A stretch of 63,525 nucleotides of DNA, filler included, from Octopus bimaculoides (GCF_001194135.2; 6 parts of 6 records of this genome joined end to end with filler, not necessarily neighbours in it), one strand, 5' to 3'. Counted from the whole stretch's first letter, positions 36,875-52,433 are shown. Notes: generated by a model from the letters alone, not told the origin. Numbers and translations are program-made.

Positions 36875-37325
36875 CATATATATATATTCGATGGGCCTCT
36901 TTTTTCCCGTCTTCCCAGTTCCATAACAATTCTTTGGTCGGCCCGAGAGCATAGTAGAATAAGAACACTTGCTCATCTTGACCTGCAGTGAGACTGAACC
37001 CCGAACAAGGTGGTTGGCAAGGAACCTACTACTGACCACACAACCACTCCTGCGCCTATATACATACTTGCGGTTCAAGTTGGGCAAGTGATTTCTTCTA
37101 CTATACTCTCGGGCCGACTAAAATATCGTTAGTGGATTTGGAAGACGGAAACAAAAAGATGCTCGTCGTATAGAGATATGTGTGTGTGTGCGTGTACGTG
37201 TGTGTGTGTGTGTGTGTGTGTATGTGTTGGTGTTGCCCCCCCCCCCCTACATACACACTGAACATCGCTTGAAACTGATGATGGTGTATTTACGTCCCCG
37301 TAACTTAGCGATTCGGCAAAAGAAA
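36875..37325. mobile_element. Two diverged SINE family A copies, head-to-head
   Basis: About 36875-37060 on minus and 37075-37325 on plus. Further partial A copies at about 6651-6756, 12116-12290, 17590-17850, 20020-20200, 27545-27640, 42940-43100 and 43735-43810. Confidence 0.7.
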
Positions 37326-37523
37326 TTAGATAGACAGATAGATAGATAGTTTTCTTTATTAGTCACACAGGGCCGAACACAGACGGGACAAAATACAATG
37401 TAGAGCTCTTATTTTCGAAAGGAAAAAAGACAATAGGAACAATTGAGGGAAATTATTCCGATCTAAAGGGATCGTGTAAAAGACAAAACATCTGTATGTC
37501 TGTATGTTTGTCTGTCTGTCTGC

Positions 37524-37585
<62 letters not shown>

Positions 37586-38557
37586 GTTCTCTTGATGTAG
37601 ATGTTGCTCAAACTCCAAGAATGTTTTTGATGTACTACTGTTGCCAAGTTTGTGATGATGTTATTCAAACAAATCTAAATGCCATCTGAATTGCCAAAAA
37701 AAAAAAGTGGTAAGAAAACTGATTAGTATTGTACTTATTAATCCAAAACCGTAGAGTGTTTCTTAATCCACCCTGGTGTCTTCATGGAATGATAGATGTG
37801 TTGGTAAAGTAACGTAGATTTCTTTCCTAGATTCGCGTGTAAAATATTCAGTGCGACATTACTTATGCATAGAAAAGTAAAAATTACTTTATATAGATCT
37901 GTATCTGTTCTGTATATCTATGAATCATGAGCTAATCGTTATTTTTTCATAAAACCGAGCACGATAACAACTTTAGATTGAAATAATCACTGAGTTAATC
38001 ATCATTATCATCATCATCATCATTGCACATTTCTAATACAATATAAGTTTAAGCATGATGAGTGATTATACATGCATAAATGCCATTTGAGCGACTATAT
38101 GTTCTATTAAATTATTGCTCTTTATTTCCATAAAGATTTCTATCCAAGAGAGGAAATTCACACGTTTTGCTACAGGGTAGAAATAGTACATATATTACAT
38201 TATTGTAGTTAATATCAGTTTGTGAAAAATATTGCCAACGGCTAGATATGCAGTATATCACTGAAGAAACGAATTCAATATGGATCGATATTTTCAATGG
38301 TTTACGAGTTGATTTGTGTTTCACGTATCAAGGAGTTAACATGTATGTTGTCGCTAAAAGTCTCAACTATCATGTGAATTTGATTTAAAACCATTCTGCC
38401 ATTTCGATTATAATTCAATCATTGAACATCTATTGCCCTGCCACCAGAACAACAACACAATTTGTCAGTGATTTCCCCAGGATAATTTCATTAGCGTGAT
38501 TTAAATTGAGACGTTTGCTGTATAAAGTATAAAGTGTGAACAAAAGTATTAGGGTGC

Positions 38558-38594
<37 letters not shown>

Positions 38595-39346
38595 TCATGT
38601 ATATATACATACATACACACACATACATAGATACATATTTTGATAGCTAAAATTATAACAAGCAAACATATATGCTAACCCGTACTATAGTTATATTTAT
38701 ACACACAATTTCTTATCGTTCATTATATGGGTTGTGTGTCTCGGCTGTGTTTATTTCCAGTAATTCAAACCCGAAATCAAAATTATCACTTTAAGTAATG
38801 CATACATTCATTAGAGATAATGAGTGACTAATACCTAATTATGTATGCATATCGATTGCTATTCATATTAATGGACTCAGCATCTAGTGAATTCTGCACA
38901 CGAAACAGTATATGGAATGTTAGATTACATAATCACATTTACTTGTGACATTCTGCTCCAAAGAATTTATCGAACATCTCTCGACTGATCATATCACAAA
39001 TCCGGTGTAACATTTGGCACACTCATCGTTAAATATATTGGCATAATTTACGCATTAAACTGGTATATGCCGATTAGTTATAGCTTCAAATAACGGGTGT
39101 CCACAAAAAAGATACAATATCTGCTTCAATGTTTGGATATCAGAAATAAGTGACGCGTTTATTATATATTCAAATATCATTTACATCTAGCGACTTAATT
39201 AAATATCGCAAACAGACAAATGTATAGCTTTTAATTGTGTATATATATTTCTACGTGATGTTGTATCATAAAAAATATAGTGACAAACACAAATGTGTGT
39301 CTGTGTGTCAGTGTGTGTGCTTTTCGTGGGTATTCTTGTATATGAA

Positions 39347-39377
<31 letters not shown>

Positions 39378-42300
39378 CTGATGGGTATTTATGTGTGCGT
39401 GCACGCGAGTGTCCGAATGATTGAAAGCAATTTAGTTTAGTAATTTGCATATAATTTTAGCATATATAAACGAGATTCATTGTACAATTTCCACAGAAAT
39501 AATGCTCACCGAAATTCCGAAATAAAACAAACAAGCAGACACACAAATATATATATATATATANNNNNNNNNNNNNNNNNNNNNNNNNNNNNNNNNNNNN
39601 NNNNNNNNNNNNNNNNNNNNNNNNNNNNNNNNNNNNNNNNNNNNNNNNNNNNNNNNNNNNNNNNNNNNNNNNNNNNNNNNNNNNNNNNNNNNNNNNNNNN
39701 NNNNNNNNNNNNNNNNNNNNNNNNNNNNNNNNNNNNNNNNNNNNNNNNNNNNNNNNNNNNNNNNNNNNNNNNNNNNNNNNNNNNNNNNNNNNNNNNNNNN
39801 NNNNNNNNNNNNNNNNNNNNNNNNNNNNNNNNNNNNNNNNNNNNNNNNNNNNNNNNNNNNNNNNNNNNNNNNNNNNNNNNNNNNNNNNNNNNNNNNNNNN
39901 NNNNNNNNNNNAACAAAAAGGAGAATAAATATCATGTTCCAGCGAATTAATTTCGCAAACAATATCTAGGAAATCAGACAATCACGGTTTTTAGATTTTT
40001 CTTTTGTATTTGTTTTATATTTTCGCGAATATATCTGTGAATATTTCTCTCAAAGCAAGACGATATAGCAAATGATCAGATTAAATAGAAAACAGAATTA
40101 CAGAAAAAGAAAACAATCTTCACTATTTTGCAATAATGATTTCACCAACAAATCACGAAAACAGACAAAATCCCCCAATACGTAAATTTACACTGAAGCA
40201 TGAAGTGAGCATTCAAAAACGTTATCAAACACCCACATCCACATATTAGCCAATACAGATATTCATGCGTACTTACAAACAAACATATATAAATGTATAT
40301 GTGTGTGTGTGTTTGTATATAGACATACACATCTATATGTATGTATATATGTATATATGTATATATATATATATATATATATNNNNNNNNNNNNNNNNNN
40401 NNNNNNNNNNNNNNNNNNNNNNNNNNNNNNNNNNNNNNNNNNNNNNNNNNNNNNNNNNNNNNNNNNNNNNNNNNNNNNNNNNNNNNNNNNNNNNNNNNNN
40501 NNNNNNNNNNNNNNNNNNNNNNNNNNNNNNNNNNNNNNNNNNNNNNNNNNNNNNNNNNNNNNNNNNNNNNNNNNNNNNNNNNNNNNNNNNNNNNNNNNNN
40601 NNNNNNNNNNNNNNNNNNNNNNNNNNNNNNNNNNNNNNNNNNNNNNNNNNNNNNNNNNNNNNNNNNNNNNNNNNNNNNNNNNNNNNNNNNNNNNNNNNNN
40701 NNNNNNNNNNNNNNNNNNNNNNNNNNNNNNNNNNNNNNNNNNNNNNNNNNNNNNNNNNNNNNNNNNNNNNNNNNNNNNNNNNNNNNNNNNNNNNNNNNNN
40801 NNNNNNNNNNNNNNNNNNNNNNNNNNNNNNNNNNNNNNNNNNNNNNNNNNNNNNNNNNNNNNNNNNNNNNNNNNNNNNNNNNNNNNNNNNNNNNNNNNNN
40901 NNNNNNNNNNNNNNNNNNNNNNNNNNNNNNNNNNNNNNNNNNNNNNNNNNNNNNNNNNNNNNNNNNNNNNNNNNNNNNNNNNNNNNNNNNNNNNNNNNNN
41001 NNNNNNNNNNNNNNNNNNNNNNNNNNNNNNNNNNNNNNNNNNNNNNNNNNNNNNNNNNNNNNNNNNNNNNNNNNNNNNNNNNNNNNNNNNNNNNNNNNNN
41101 NNNNNNNNNNNNNNNNNNNNNNNNNNNNNNNNNNNNNNNNNNNNNNNNNNNNNNNNNNNNNNNNNNNNNNNNNNNNNNNNNNNNNNNNNNNNNNNNNNNN
41201 NNNNNNNNNNNNNNNNNNNNNNNNNNNNNNNNNNNNNNNNNNNNNNNNNNNNNNNNNNNNNNNNNNNNTATATATATATATATATATATATGAGTGGGTG
41301 AGCGTGTGTGTTTATACTCATACAATTTTTTTTATACATAAATATAAAGATATAGAGATATGGATATATATGCATTCCGTGTGTGTGTATATGTAACACT
41401 GTAATCCAGTCGACTTTTTGTTGTATTTACATTCATGGTCTTGTATTTTCGCATATGTGTGTTTATGTATATATGCATATATGTATGTACGGTTACAGCC
41501 TTAGGGATGAAACATAAAAATAATTCAAGAATAGACAAATCATTATTCGTTTATTCTTTAACACTCACATATGTGAGCGTCTGTATCTATCATTATATTT
41601 GCATCTGATTAGGCTATATTAATATATTGTGGTACGTAAAATATTTATGAAATATTTTGACTATTAGTTTATATTGATTCATTTAACAAATGTACAGAAT
41701 GTCACATAACGAACTTTATTTTTTTATGAAATCATGAATTCCTATGTCAGTACGCGCGAGGAACGTGACTATATTTGTATATGTTAATCTGCGTTTGTGG
41801 TATGTGCGCGTGTCTGCTGTAAAAATTACACGTGTATATCTATATAAATGTCATAAATGTATGTATATATATATATATACATATATATATATANNNNNNN
41901 NNNNNNNNNNNNNNNNNNNNNNNNNNNNNNNNNNNNNNNNNNNNNNNNNNNNNNNNNNNNNNNNNNNNNNNNNNNNNNNNNNNNNNNNNNNNNNNNNNNN
42001 NNNNNNNNNNNNNNNNNNNNNNNNNNNNNNNNNNNNNNNNNNNNNNNNNNNNNNNNNNNNNNNNNNNNNNNNNNNNNNNNNNNNNNNNNNNNNNNNNNNN
42101 NNNNNNNNNNNNNNNNNNNNNNNNNNNNNNNNNNNNNNNNNNNNNNNNNNNNNNNNNNNNNNNNNNNNNNNNNNNNNNNNNNNNNNNNNNNNNNNNNNNN
42201 NNNNNNNNNNNNNNNNNNNNNNNNNNNNNNNNNNNNNNNNNNNNNNNNNNNNNNNNNNNNNNNNNNNNNNNNNNNNNNNNNNNNNNNNNNNNNNNNNNNN

Positions 42301-42599
42301 NNNNNNNNNNNNNNNNTATATATATATATATATATATATCTTTATATAGAGATTTTCATCTGTAATGAAACGTACACACACGCACACGCGCATATGAACA
42401 CTCACACGTACACCCACGTAGACATAGACAAGTGTACGTATATAAGCTATTATAAATAAGGAATATATACAACTTTCAACTATATATCTTTAAACTAGTA
42501 AATTGCTTCAGCGCAACACTGAAAATTATCCATATACACGAAATACAAGATACAAATACATGGAAGTCTAACGGTACCTATTATTGCACTTCAACGTTT

Positions 42600-42659
<60 letters not shown>

Positions 42660-45600
42660 CAGCAGCAGCAGTAATGGCTCGCTGAATATTNNNNNNNNNN
42701 CAGCAGCAGCAGTAATGGCTCGCTGAATATTTAAAAATGGGACACATCCCTGTTACGTAATATTCAGTTATTCATCAGTATTTTTCATGAAAAACTGCAC
42801 ATAATTACATACATACATGCATAAATATATACATACATACACAAATACACACATACATGCATACAAACATACAGACATACATACATACATACATATATGC
42901 AAACACATATCTACAGATAAATTATTTTATTTTTCTAATTTTTTCTGTCATTAGACAGTGGTCAATTTGGGGCACCGCCTTGCTAGACTTAGATAATCGA
43001 ATCTATGCCAAATCTATGTTTAAGACCTCGCACTTTTGCCGAAACGCTAAGTTATAGGGATAGAAACAAGTTGACTTCCGTTTGCAACTTTGTGGTGGAG
43101 AACACACACGAACTTAAAGAGACACTCTCAAATATATTATTGCATATACATACATATAGTTTTCTCACGCTTTTTCTTTGTCTACTCCNNNNNNNNNNNN
43201 NNNTATATATATATATATTTTAAAAAATAACGCCGACCACTTTTGAATGTTACCATTAAGCTGTAATTAGCAGAACCATATGCATGCGGACCCATGGCGG
43301 TGCGCAACTCTGTATACGATTCTAATGATTGCGGTTAAATTACAAATCAGGCTGAAGAGGAATAGGTAAGTATTTGTTAAATCCGAAACCGGTTTCTGTT
43401 TAAGAATGCTTTTTTAGGTGATTTTAAATGTCTTGCCCGCTCACGTGTTGGTATGCTGCTATATTTCATGTTGAGAACAATTTAGGTCTTAATAGACACA
43501 AGATGTGATCTATTTCTAGCGCATTAATTGTCCACGTTAGTGGTCCTCGTTATTTTAAACAATGTACCTTAATCCCCTGAGATTGCAGATAATATTTCTG
43601 AATCTCTTTTATTCTTTAGATGTGCTGGCCTCCTGATAATTGATCGATATTAATCAATATATGATTAATTAACAGATTTTATAATTATATATATACATAT
43701 AGATAGATAGATAGATAGATTGATAAAAAAACATTCTTGTCGAAGTTACTATGCATTGACTGAATCTGGAACCATGCGGTTCAGAAGCAAACATCTTACC
43801 ACGCATCCACACACACACACACACACACACTCACACACACGCACACACGCACACACACACACACACGTACACACGTACACACGTACACACATATTTAAAT
43901 ATTATTATAAAATGCAATTATGATACAAGATGCTTAATTGGCAACGCTTGTATGCTAGATACCGACGTCAAATGGACTACGAGCCACTTCAGTTATTACT
44001 CCGGTACCACAAGGTTGTATTCGAGGAAAATGGACAGAAGGGATACATAAATTATTGTACACAACCCTAATTATGCATAAACATTCATTCAATCCACAAA
44101 CTTATTTGCTGCAGAATTATTCTGAATATATAAGCATAAGCTTGAAACGGAGTTTCGTGTTTTTATTTCGTATTATGCTCGTAATATGTACAACTGTCTA
44201 TCTATTGTATGGAGGTGTGTTTTCATTTATTTACGACTGGTTTACCCTACTAAAGATTAGAAAGCGTTTTTAATATCGCAATCCATGAAATCTTAAGATA
44301 TAGTGTTGTCCCCTATATTTTATAAATCTTTTTGTGCCTAGTTTCCTCGCATACAACCTTATGGTAACTTAAGTGGTTTGTGGTCTATTTGGCGACTATT
44401 TCTAGTGTGCAGACGTGGTCAATTCAGCGAACTTTATTACACTTTTGTTTTACAATTATACTTCAATATAAATAAACCAATATTTTCATGTCACTACGCT
44501 GACCACTGATAAATCATTAAATGGACAGAATATATANNNNNNNNNNNNNNNNNNNNNNNNNNNNNNNNNNNNNNNNNNNNNNNNNNNNNNNNNNNNNNNN
44601 NNNNNNNNNNNNNNNNNNNNNNNNNNNNNNNNNNNNNNNNNNNNNNNNNNNNNNNNNNNNNNNNNNNNNNNNNNNNNNNNNNNNNNNNNNNNNNNNNNNN
44701 NNNNNNNNNNNNNNNNNNNNNNNNNNNNNNATATATATACATATACCCCGACTGTGCACCATGCTACATATCTACACACATTTCGATGATTCCATGATAC
44801 AGTGGAATTGCCTGTGTTGTAATCTTCACATGGACGTGTTATGTTAAAAACGCAGTTTATTTCGAAATGATGGAGAATCGTTACTCTTGTGTGGCTTATG
44901 AGTAGGAGGAGGTATGTTGCCTTTCTCGATGTGTGTCAAAGATTTGCGACTGATTGCCTCATAATTTGCGTGCAGGGAGGTTTTCAATAGACCAGCTAGC
45001 TTCGGCAATACCAATGACTGATCTGTGCTCTCTTTTTTTTTATATATCAATTCACGAAATTCCTTTATTTTAACAATTGAGTACATGGTATTGGTAAGCC
45101 TCAAAATATGTGTTGTTTGCTAGAGTCAATGCAGCGACGATGTTCGTCTCGCTCCGATGTATATTGAGATTCTAAACAATTTACACAATTCTACAATGTC
45201 ATGCCCTCTTCCGTCAGTATATTTCCATTTAGTATGATACACACATAGAAATCCTACTTTAATATTATTTTAATTGCATACACCAAATGTATACACACGC
45301 ACACATCCGCGTACACATACATACGCATACACACACATACACACAAATACTCACACACACACAAATACTCACACACAAACACGTATGCACGCACACATAA
45401 ACAGATTTTGTGAAAAAACTTGCATTTTTCATTCAATGGCGACTGCGTAAAAATGTATCTTACTTTAAATGTGAACGCCACACCAGAAAAAAAAAGAGAT
45501 CTTGATTCTACAATCAGAAAATATTTTAAATTTAATATCAATTTAAATATCTAATATCCAGATAACGCTATCGAATATATAACAATGCATTGCTAGAAAT

Positions 45601-46432
45601 ATTCAATAACATTTGATGAATTCAATGCAGTTATGCTTTCCATAATATTTGGCTCAGTGATGTTTTGTATTTCGCTCTCATTGAAGTCCTTATTCAAGAG
45701 AAACTTTTAATCAATGCCCTATACATCATGTGTATTTCTAACTTTTTGTGTACTGCAAGTGCTTCGCTATGAATGTTAATAAACATCACAAGTAATTTTC
45801 AATGAATAATAATCGATCCAGAGAATGATATTTCACTTGTATGGAAATATGATTACTGTAACTTTATTTGGCATCATTTTAAAACATGGCTGACACGTAC
45901 TGACTATTCCATTGAAAATAATTAATAGGTATCGGAATTTCACATCGAGTGTCGTGAATTATATGGAGTTGAATATTTCGAAATTATGATTATAAAAACA
46001 TCACTCTAAAAATCATAAATTCCAGAACGTAAATTTAAATGCTTGTCAAAAGACATCTCCGAATTCTATATTTGAAGTGTTAGTATGATTTCGAATAGAT
46101 TTTTGCGTTTCATTCGAAATATATTGAAATATAATCAGTAGAAAAAAAGTGATTTGCTTGAGGAAACGAGTATTCAATCAATATAACCACTATTCTCAAG
46201 TAATTGTATCGTACACCTATCTATATAAGTTAACTTAAATACAATCGGAATTAGCTGAATCAAATAACTGAAAGTGATTATTATAAGCTGAATTGGTGCC
46301 AAACAATACCGTTTCCCATTGAAAATTACAGAGCAAAATTACAATTAGATTTAAATACTTCACAAATAATAGGGTGCATTTATTTACATTATTTATATTT
46401 GACAGATATTTGTGCTAATCTTGTTTGATGTC

Positions 46433-46478
46433 AACACAATGTTTCGGCTGATATAAGCTCCAGCATTCATCAGGCGTC
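46433..46478 (-). ncRNA. Minimal type-I hammerhead ribozyme motif (inverted sister copy)
   Basis: Reverse complement: GACGC-CTGATGA-ATGCTG...TCAGCC-GAAA-CATT-GTGTT. Helix I GACGC/GTGTT pairs with G-U; helix II GCTG/CAGC. Confidence 0.7.
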
Positions 46479-46548
46479 TTGGGGAAATTTCAAACCTGGG
46501 TTCCCATTCCTAAGGTATTTTTCGATGCTGTTGTTGTTGTTATTATTA

Positions 46549-46628
<80 letters not shown>

Positions 46629-46749
46629 GTTGTTGTTGTTGTTGTTGTTGTCGTTATAATTATTATTTAGGTCCCAAGGGCATACGGCGTTCTGGTTAAG
46701 AACAAACCCAAAGATTTCGAGTTCGATTCCAGGCAGGTGCCTGAATAGT

Positions 46750-46825
<76 letters not shown>

Positions 46826-46882
46826 TTAATTACATTGAAAAATATCTTTGGAATTAGAACGCAGTTTCGAAATTTCCTCCAA

Positions 46883-46928
46883 GATACCTGATGAAGCCTG
46901 GAGTGTATGTTGGCCGAAACATTGTGTC
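46883..46928 (+). ncRNA. Minimal type-I hammerhead ribozyme motif (Penelope-type)
   Basis: GATAC-CTGATGA-AGCC...TGGCC-GAAA-CATT-GTGTC. Both core boxes are intact and helix I GATAC/GTGTC pairs. Loopless helix III is ACAT where a palindromic ACGT would be expected. Confidence 0.7.
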
Positions 46929-49071
46929 AACAACAAAGAAGATGCGGACAAATATCCGTCAAATGTAAATAATCTAAATAATGTAGATAATTCCTCATCT
47001 CTTAAATATAGAACTGTATAGTGTATTTATATTAAAAGCTAAATTTCACATCGTTACCAGTTATATTACAAAGGTTGTAAACTGCATTGAGAATAGGACA
47101 ATCCATGTTTAATGTAAGTGTAAAAACATCTTTGTTATACTTCTGACGTTTTCGGTTAGATCATTGTGAACATATTTAATTATTTAACACTCATTCTATG
47201 TATTCTATCCGTAATGCCATCCATAAGGAGTGTAAGACAACAAAAGAATTTCGGTAGAAACATTCAAACTTCAGTGGGTGGAATATTCAATAACGAAACT
47301 TTCTCTTCCACTCTCTTTGTTCCTCTCCCTTTCATATTTCACTCTCATTTTCTCTCTCTCTCTGACACGCACACACACACATGCCAGTATAACGGACCGA
47401 TCATGATGTGGAATATTTAGCTAAACGAGCGAAATTTGGCAGTCATTCTATATGTAGTCGCCAGCAGTGTGCCAAAGTATTTCAAAGAAATGCTTGAGAG
47501 GAGAATGTGGAGTGGAGACTAGCCTATTGACCCATTGCTAACGGCATGAGCTGTTTCATATTTCCAATGGAAACATGACTAAGGTATATTGCATTGGACA
47601 TTCCTATTATTGAAACAGAGAAGGTAGAGGATGTAGAGGACTTACATGGTTGCATGAAATGGAGGGAACTTATACTTATACAACAACAAAGAGAGAACAC
47701 TAATCCAAACCGTGCAACTCCTCATTTCTGTGTGATACTTTAAAATTATCGTTAGGTACATAAATGTCCTATGTCTGCCTGGCGTAACGATAGTATCAGG
47801 GCACGTGTATGTGTGCTTGTAAATTGTGGCAATATGTAACAGAATGGTGTCACTATAGATTTAGAAGATTTCATTATTGTACATTACCAGGAAATAGCAA
47901 TGGAATGGAATTGTGTTATGTTATAGTTGTTGTTAGGAATATTATGGAACATGGTAACGAAGTAAAGCGAGCAAGCTGTTCCCTATGGGATAGTGAAGCA
48001 TTAATTTCTGGTATAATATTCCTAAAATATCAACAATAAAAAAAAAAAATTGCTCTGTCCTCACACCAATAAAGAAAAGTTTGATTCAAGGAAATCTTCA
48101 TAGCCTCATCCAGTAAGACTAGGTGAAACCACAGCATCCTACAGAAGGAACAGTAGTATCTGAATGAATACTCATCCCTCATAGCAATAGCATCCTATCT
48201 ATTGATGATGAAAGATACTTGTCGTTCACTAATCGCTATAGGAGTCCGTCTTAAACATAAGAAATACCAGCAGCAGCATAAAAAAATATTAATGTTTTAA
48301 GGATAGGTGGGCCTCGTATGAAGACGAATTGATCACTGATGAGGTATAACTCAGCTTATATGAAGCAGACGTGAATTGTGTGAGGCAGCACAGCAGACTT
48401 CGTATAGATAGTGAAAATCATACCCCAAAGTTATAAATCATTTACGTGAATAAAGCAGCTTTCTACAGACTTGGTTGATATTTTCTTTTCTACGCTACAC
48501 ATTTTCTGTTAGTTTGTGTTTAAGGGTGTTGGTATATCATTCAATATTTTCAAACATTCTGATGAGCGTTTAGTTGATGACCGTTGTCCAAAGTGCTACG
48601 CAATGTTTCTGAGCCCGGAGCCATATTAATAGGAAGTAAACTTCTTAGCAAAAAGCCGCACCGGCATCTATCTTTAGAGGTTCAAGTTAAATTTGCTCTC
48701 AAATAAAAGATAAATGATAAAAGATATCTGTTAGGTAAAATGAAGAACCAGTTAAATTCTCATAGACGCCTTCTTTCTCTAAAATTTCGGTGTTTTGTGC
48801 CTATTTGGCAAATCATTCTGAATTAACATTTGAGAATTGGCAGATTCATTAGTGCAATGAAAAGTGCAGCAGACATTGCGAATATCCAAATTCTCATTTT
48901 GAAATATTAGAGTTCAGCTTGCATTTGATGCTCTCAATGTCTGAAAAAATCAAGTTTCAGTGAATTTACGGGACTCGATTTAATGTACTAATTCCCCGCC
49001 CATTAAAGTACTTGTCTGGCGCTTAACAATGGAGAAAAGAGTTTCATAAACCTCATCAACAAAGTAGTAGC

Positions 49072-49110
<39 letters not shown>

Positions 49111-49391
49111 TATGACTCACAGATTATTTAACAAAGAGACATCTCTGTTATGTAACATTAATCAATGTTTTCCTTGAAAATCTGCACTGTCTGCGAACTT
49201 AATCTATATCATAATATATATATATATATATATATATANNNNNNNNNNNNNNNNNNNNNNNNNNNNNNNNNNNNNNNNNNNNNNNNNNNNNNNNNNNNNN
49301 NNNNNNNNNNNNNNNNNNNNNNNNNNNNNNNNNNNNNNNNNNNNNNNNNNNNNNNNNNNNNNNNNNNNNNNNNNNNNNNNNNNNNNNNNNN

Positions 49392-49424
<33 letters not shown>

Positions 49425-52358
49425 AACAGATGTGTATTTATGGTTGCAGAAAATGTATAATCGGCTGCTTCTCTTTATTGTATTGACTTGTTATGATTGG
49501 AAACTAATTCTAGTTGTAATTTCGCATATAGACAGCAATGATTTACCTACTTAAAAATGTACATGATGATCGCGGCTGGATTGCATCTGATCTCGGATTT
49601 TGTACAATCGTGGCTTTTGTGTGGCTAAAAAGTAATACTCCCAAGTTATATTTTCCAAGTATTGCAGCAAGTTTAAGTCATGTAAGTTATGCTAGAAACA
49701 AAGAAACGACACTTGAAAGTTATTAATATGATATGATATATATTTATGATTTATAAATCTTCATAAATGTGATTCTGAAAACTTTACAACGTACACCACT
49801 AAAACAACTTCTCTGAAACAAAATGTCATTTTCATGTATAATATGTTCAACGGATATCGATAGTGTGATGATATAGAAACTCTAGCACTCGTTATCTCCT
49901 GTTCAGATGGGTAACAAAGTAACATCTATAATTGTCTTTACGATATTGTAATGTCTGTCTACCCGCAGACCGAGGAATCCTTTATAGTTGTTGTTGACGT
50001 TCTTTATGCATGCAGAATGAAATAAGTCGATAGGTTCATTTACATATTGCTGTATTGTGTAGACAAATATATTTTATTGTCTCGTCTGAATTATTTGGTC
50101 AATAGTTGACAGTTACTATTTATTTGCCTTTGGTCTACGTTGGTCAATGACCGGTATTATTTGGCAATTTGCGTAGGTATTGTATGCTAACACAAATAAA
50201 TTTTAGAGCAAGCTGAATTTCGTCAGAAATAGCACGTCTTACCTATTTAAGTCATGTATAAAACTAATGCTGAAATAGAAATTTGAATCTGTGGCTGATG
50301 TGATTTCAATCTAAATATAAGGAAAGATACTCTACTAGTATAAACGATTGTATAATTATGTAACATGTAGAAAATATCATGCAATATATTAAATTGGTAT
50401 CATGTAATAGTGACACTTGAGTAGCATTTTGTATAATAATTTGTGAATAATATTAATCCAAATTATCCGAATGAGGCCTCTTGTAGTCATTTCATCGTTA
50501 TTGATAGCTAGATTTACTATCACTTGTAGTGTGGGCTCGCTTAAAACAAAAATTCGATAAAATCTAAAGATCTCGATTTATATGTACAATCATTCTCGGA
50601 AACAGTATGCATGCTTAAATAATAATTGCAGACAAAATTTAGAACTTGTGGCAAGTTAATATTCAAATAACTAACGATCTGTAGAAGTTGGAAATCTTAA
50701 ACGAGGGCAAACATTACACGGTTATTTCTTCGACACACCATCGTCATTACTTGACAATTATATGTAGTGTAGCATACTTATGGCTCATGTAATGTAATAT
50801 ATTTTAGATAAATCTAGGAAATTCAATAACGTAATTATTGTAGAAAAATTTCTATTACAAATCAAGCCTATGTGCGGCGTTGACACATCAACCTCACCGT
50901 AATCGTAAACGTGTTAAAACATGGAATTTAAATTATGAATAATGTTATGATATAATTAGAATGTAATTAAGTTTCACATATATAATTTATAAACGACAAA
51001 TTTATACGAAAAATAACTAAATTTTTAGCAGTTTTCTAAACACTTTATCACTCTTCATATAACCCATTACAAACAAAATGTTATTACATCTAATAAAATC
51101 TGTCACGAATAATTTTATACTTTATCTATTAAATAATGAAACTTATTAATAATATACACGGAAATTTGAAAATTTATATTCATATTTTTCGTTTTATAAT
51201 TGTTTTGGGGTTTCTAACGTCCATGAGAGTCCATCAAGAAAATTAAACATTCTTCTTAATTATACTTACTTGAAAATATGAGCATCCACAAATATTTTGC
51301 TTGGTTTGCAGAATATACTGAACAGTCTTCATCTATTAAGAGGAAAGGAAGTGATTCATTATCAGCAACAAGATATGCTGTCACTGTCGATGCCATATAT
51401 ACAATAATTCAAGTGATACAAAACCACGGTATTTCAATAATTCAGAAAGTATCGCTAGTATTACCAATAAAGACCTCAAATACAAGTGTCATGATTTACA
51501 ATGTCATATATTACAAAGATATAGAATGATCGAGTAATGCTTTACAAATGGATAGTGTATTGAAAAAGTTGATGCAATTACGAAAGGACAGCAATCGCTT
51601 CTTTGAGAGTTGCAAGTGCAAGAAAGATTTCAGAAATATAACCAAAGATAATCCACAACGGAAAAATAATGAGAAATATTACGTAACAAACCAATGTAAG
51701 CATCGTTGAAAATATTATAGGGAGAACAAAACAATTTCATGCATGTGATTTCCAACATGAACTTGCTTTAATTACAAATCTTCAAAGCGAGAAACAAAAG
51801 TAATATAAGGAATATAAGATATACCACGTGAATTTAGTAGCATATAGAAAATACTATTTGGTAATTACGATACATCATGTAGAAAAGTTGAAAAATTTAA
51901 TAAATGAAGAACTTATTTTGTATGGCATTTGATATACCTGCATTTGTTAAATTTGCTTAATTAGATGTAACCGGCGAAGCACAGTTATTTTTCTTCGCTA
52001 TTTTTTCTTTAAATTATGCGAAATACTTAAGCAATAAGAGATTCCTAATCATCGAGTAAAAAGTTAAGACTCTTGGCTACTTACATTGAGGTGCCTCATT
52101 GTCTAGCTGATAAATCATATTCTTGCAGAAAGATATGTGCTCAGAAACACACTAATCCCCATAAAATACGCATAATTCTCCCTTTCTGTAAAGTGAAATG
52201 TGGAGAATATTTGACCCCTGTGTTAATCATCTCTTCTCACATAGAACTGCATATAATTGGCCTTTCGTAATTATGCCACATTCTCTTCAAATGAATATAG
52301 CTATAATAATAAAGAATTTAAGTTATATGGCAGTCGATATCTATAGATATATAACAAT

Positions 52359-52433
<75 letters not shown>

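Larger units (their letters stand above)
46385..47020 (+). mobile_element. Composite non-autonomous element: inverted tail + tRNA-like head + (AAT)n + hammerhead tail
   Basis: Arms at about 46385-46530 and 46835-46985 are inverted homologues. The central part 46671-46744 has an A-box-like CGGCGTTCTGG (46685-46695) and a B-box AGTTCGATTCC (46720-46730). Confidence 0.7.

Noticed and set aside
48560-48610. CTGATGAGCGT...ACGC resembling a hammerhead
   Set aside because: No GAAA box follows helix II and there is no helix I.
51548-51709. Short ORF MDSVLKKLMQLRKDSNRFF...
   Set aside because: Only 53 aa, has an in-frame stop just upstream, no recognisable motif and no compatible splice site.
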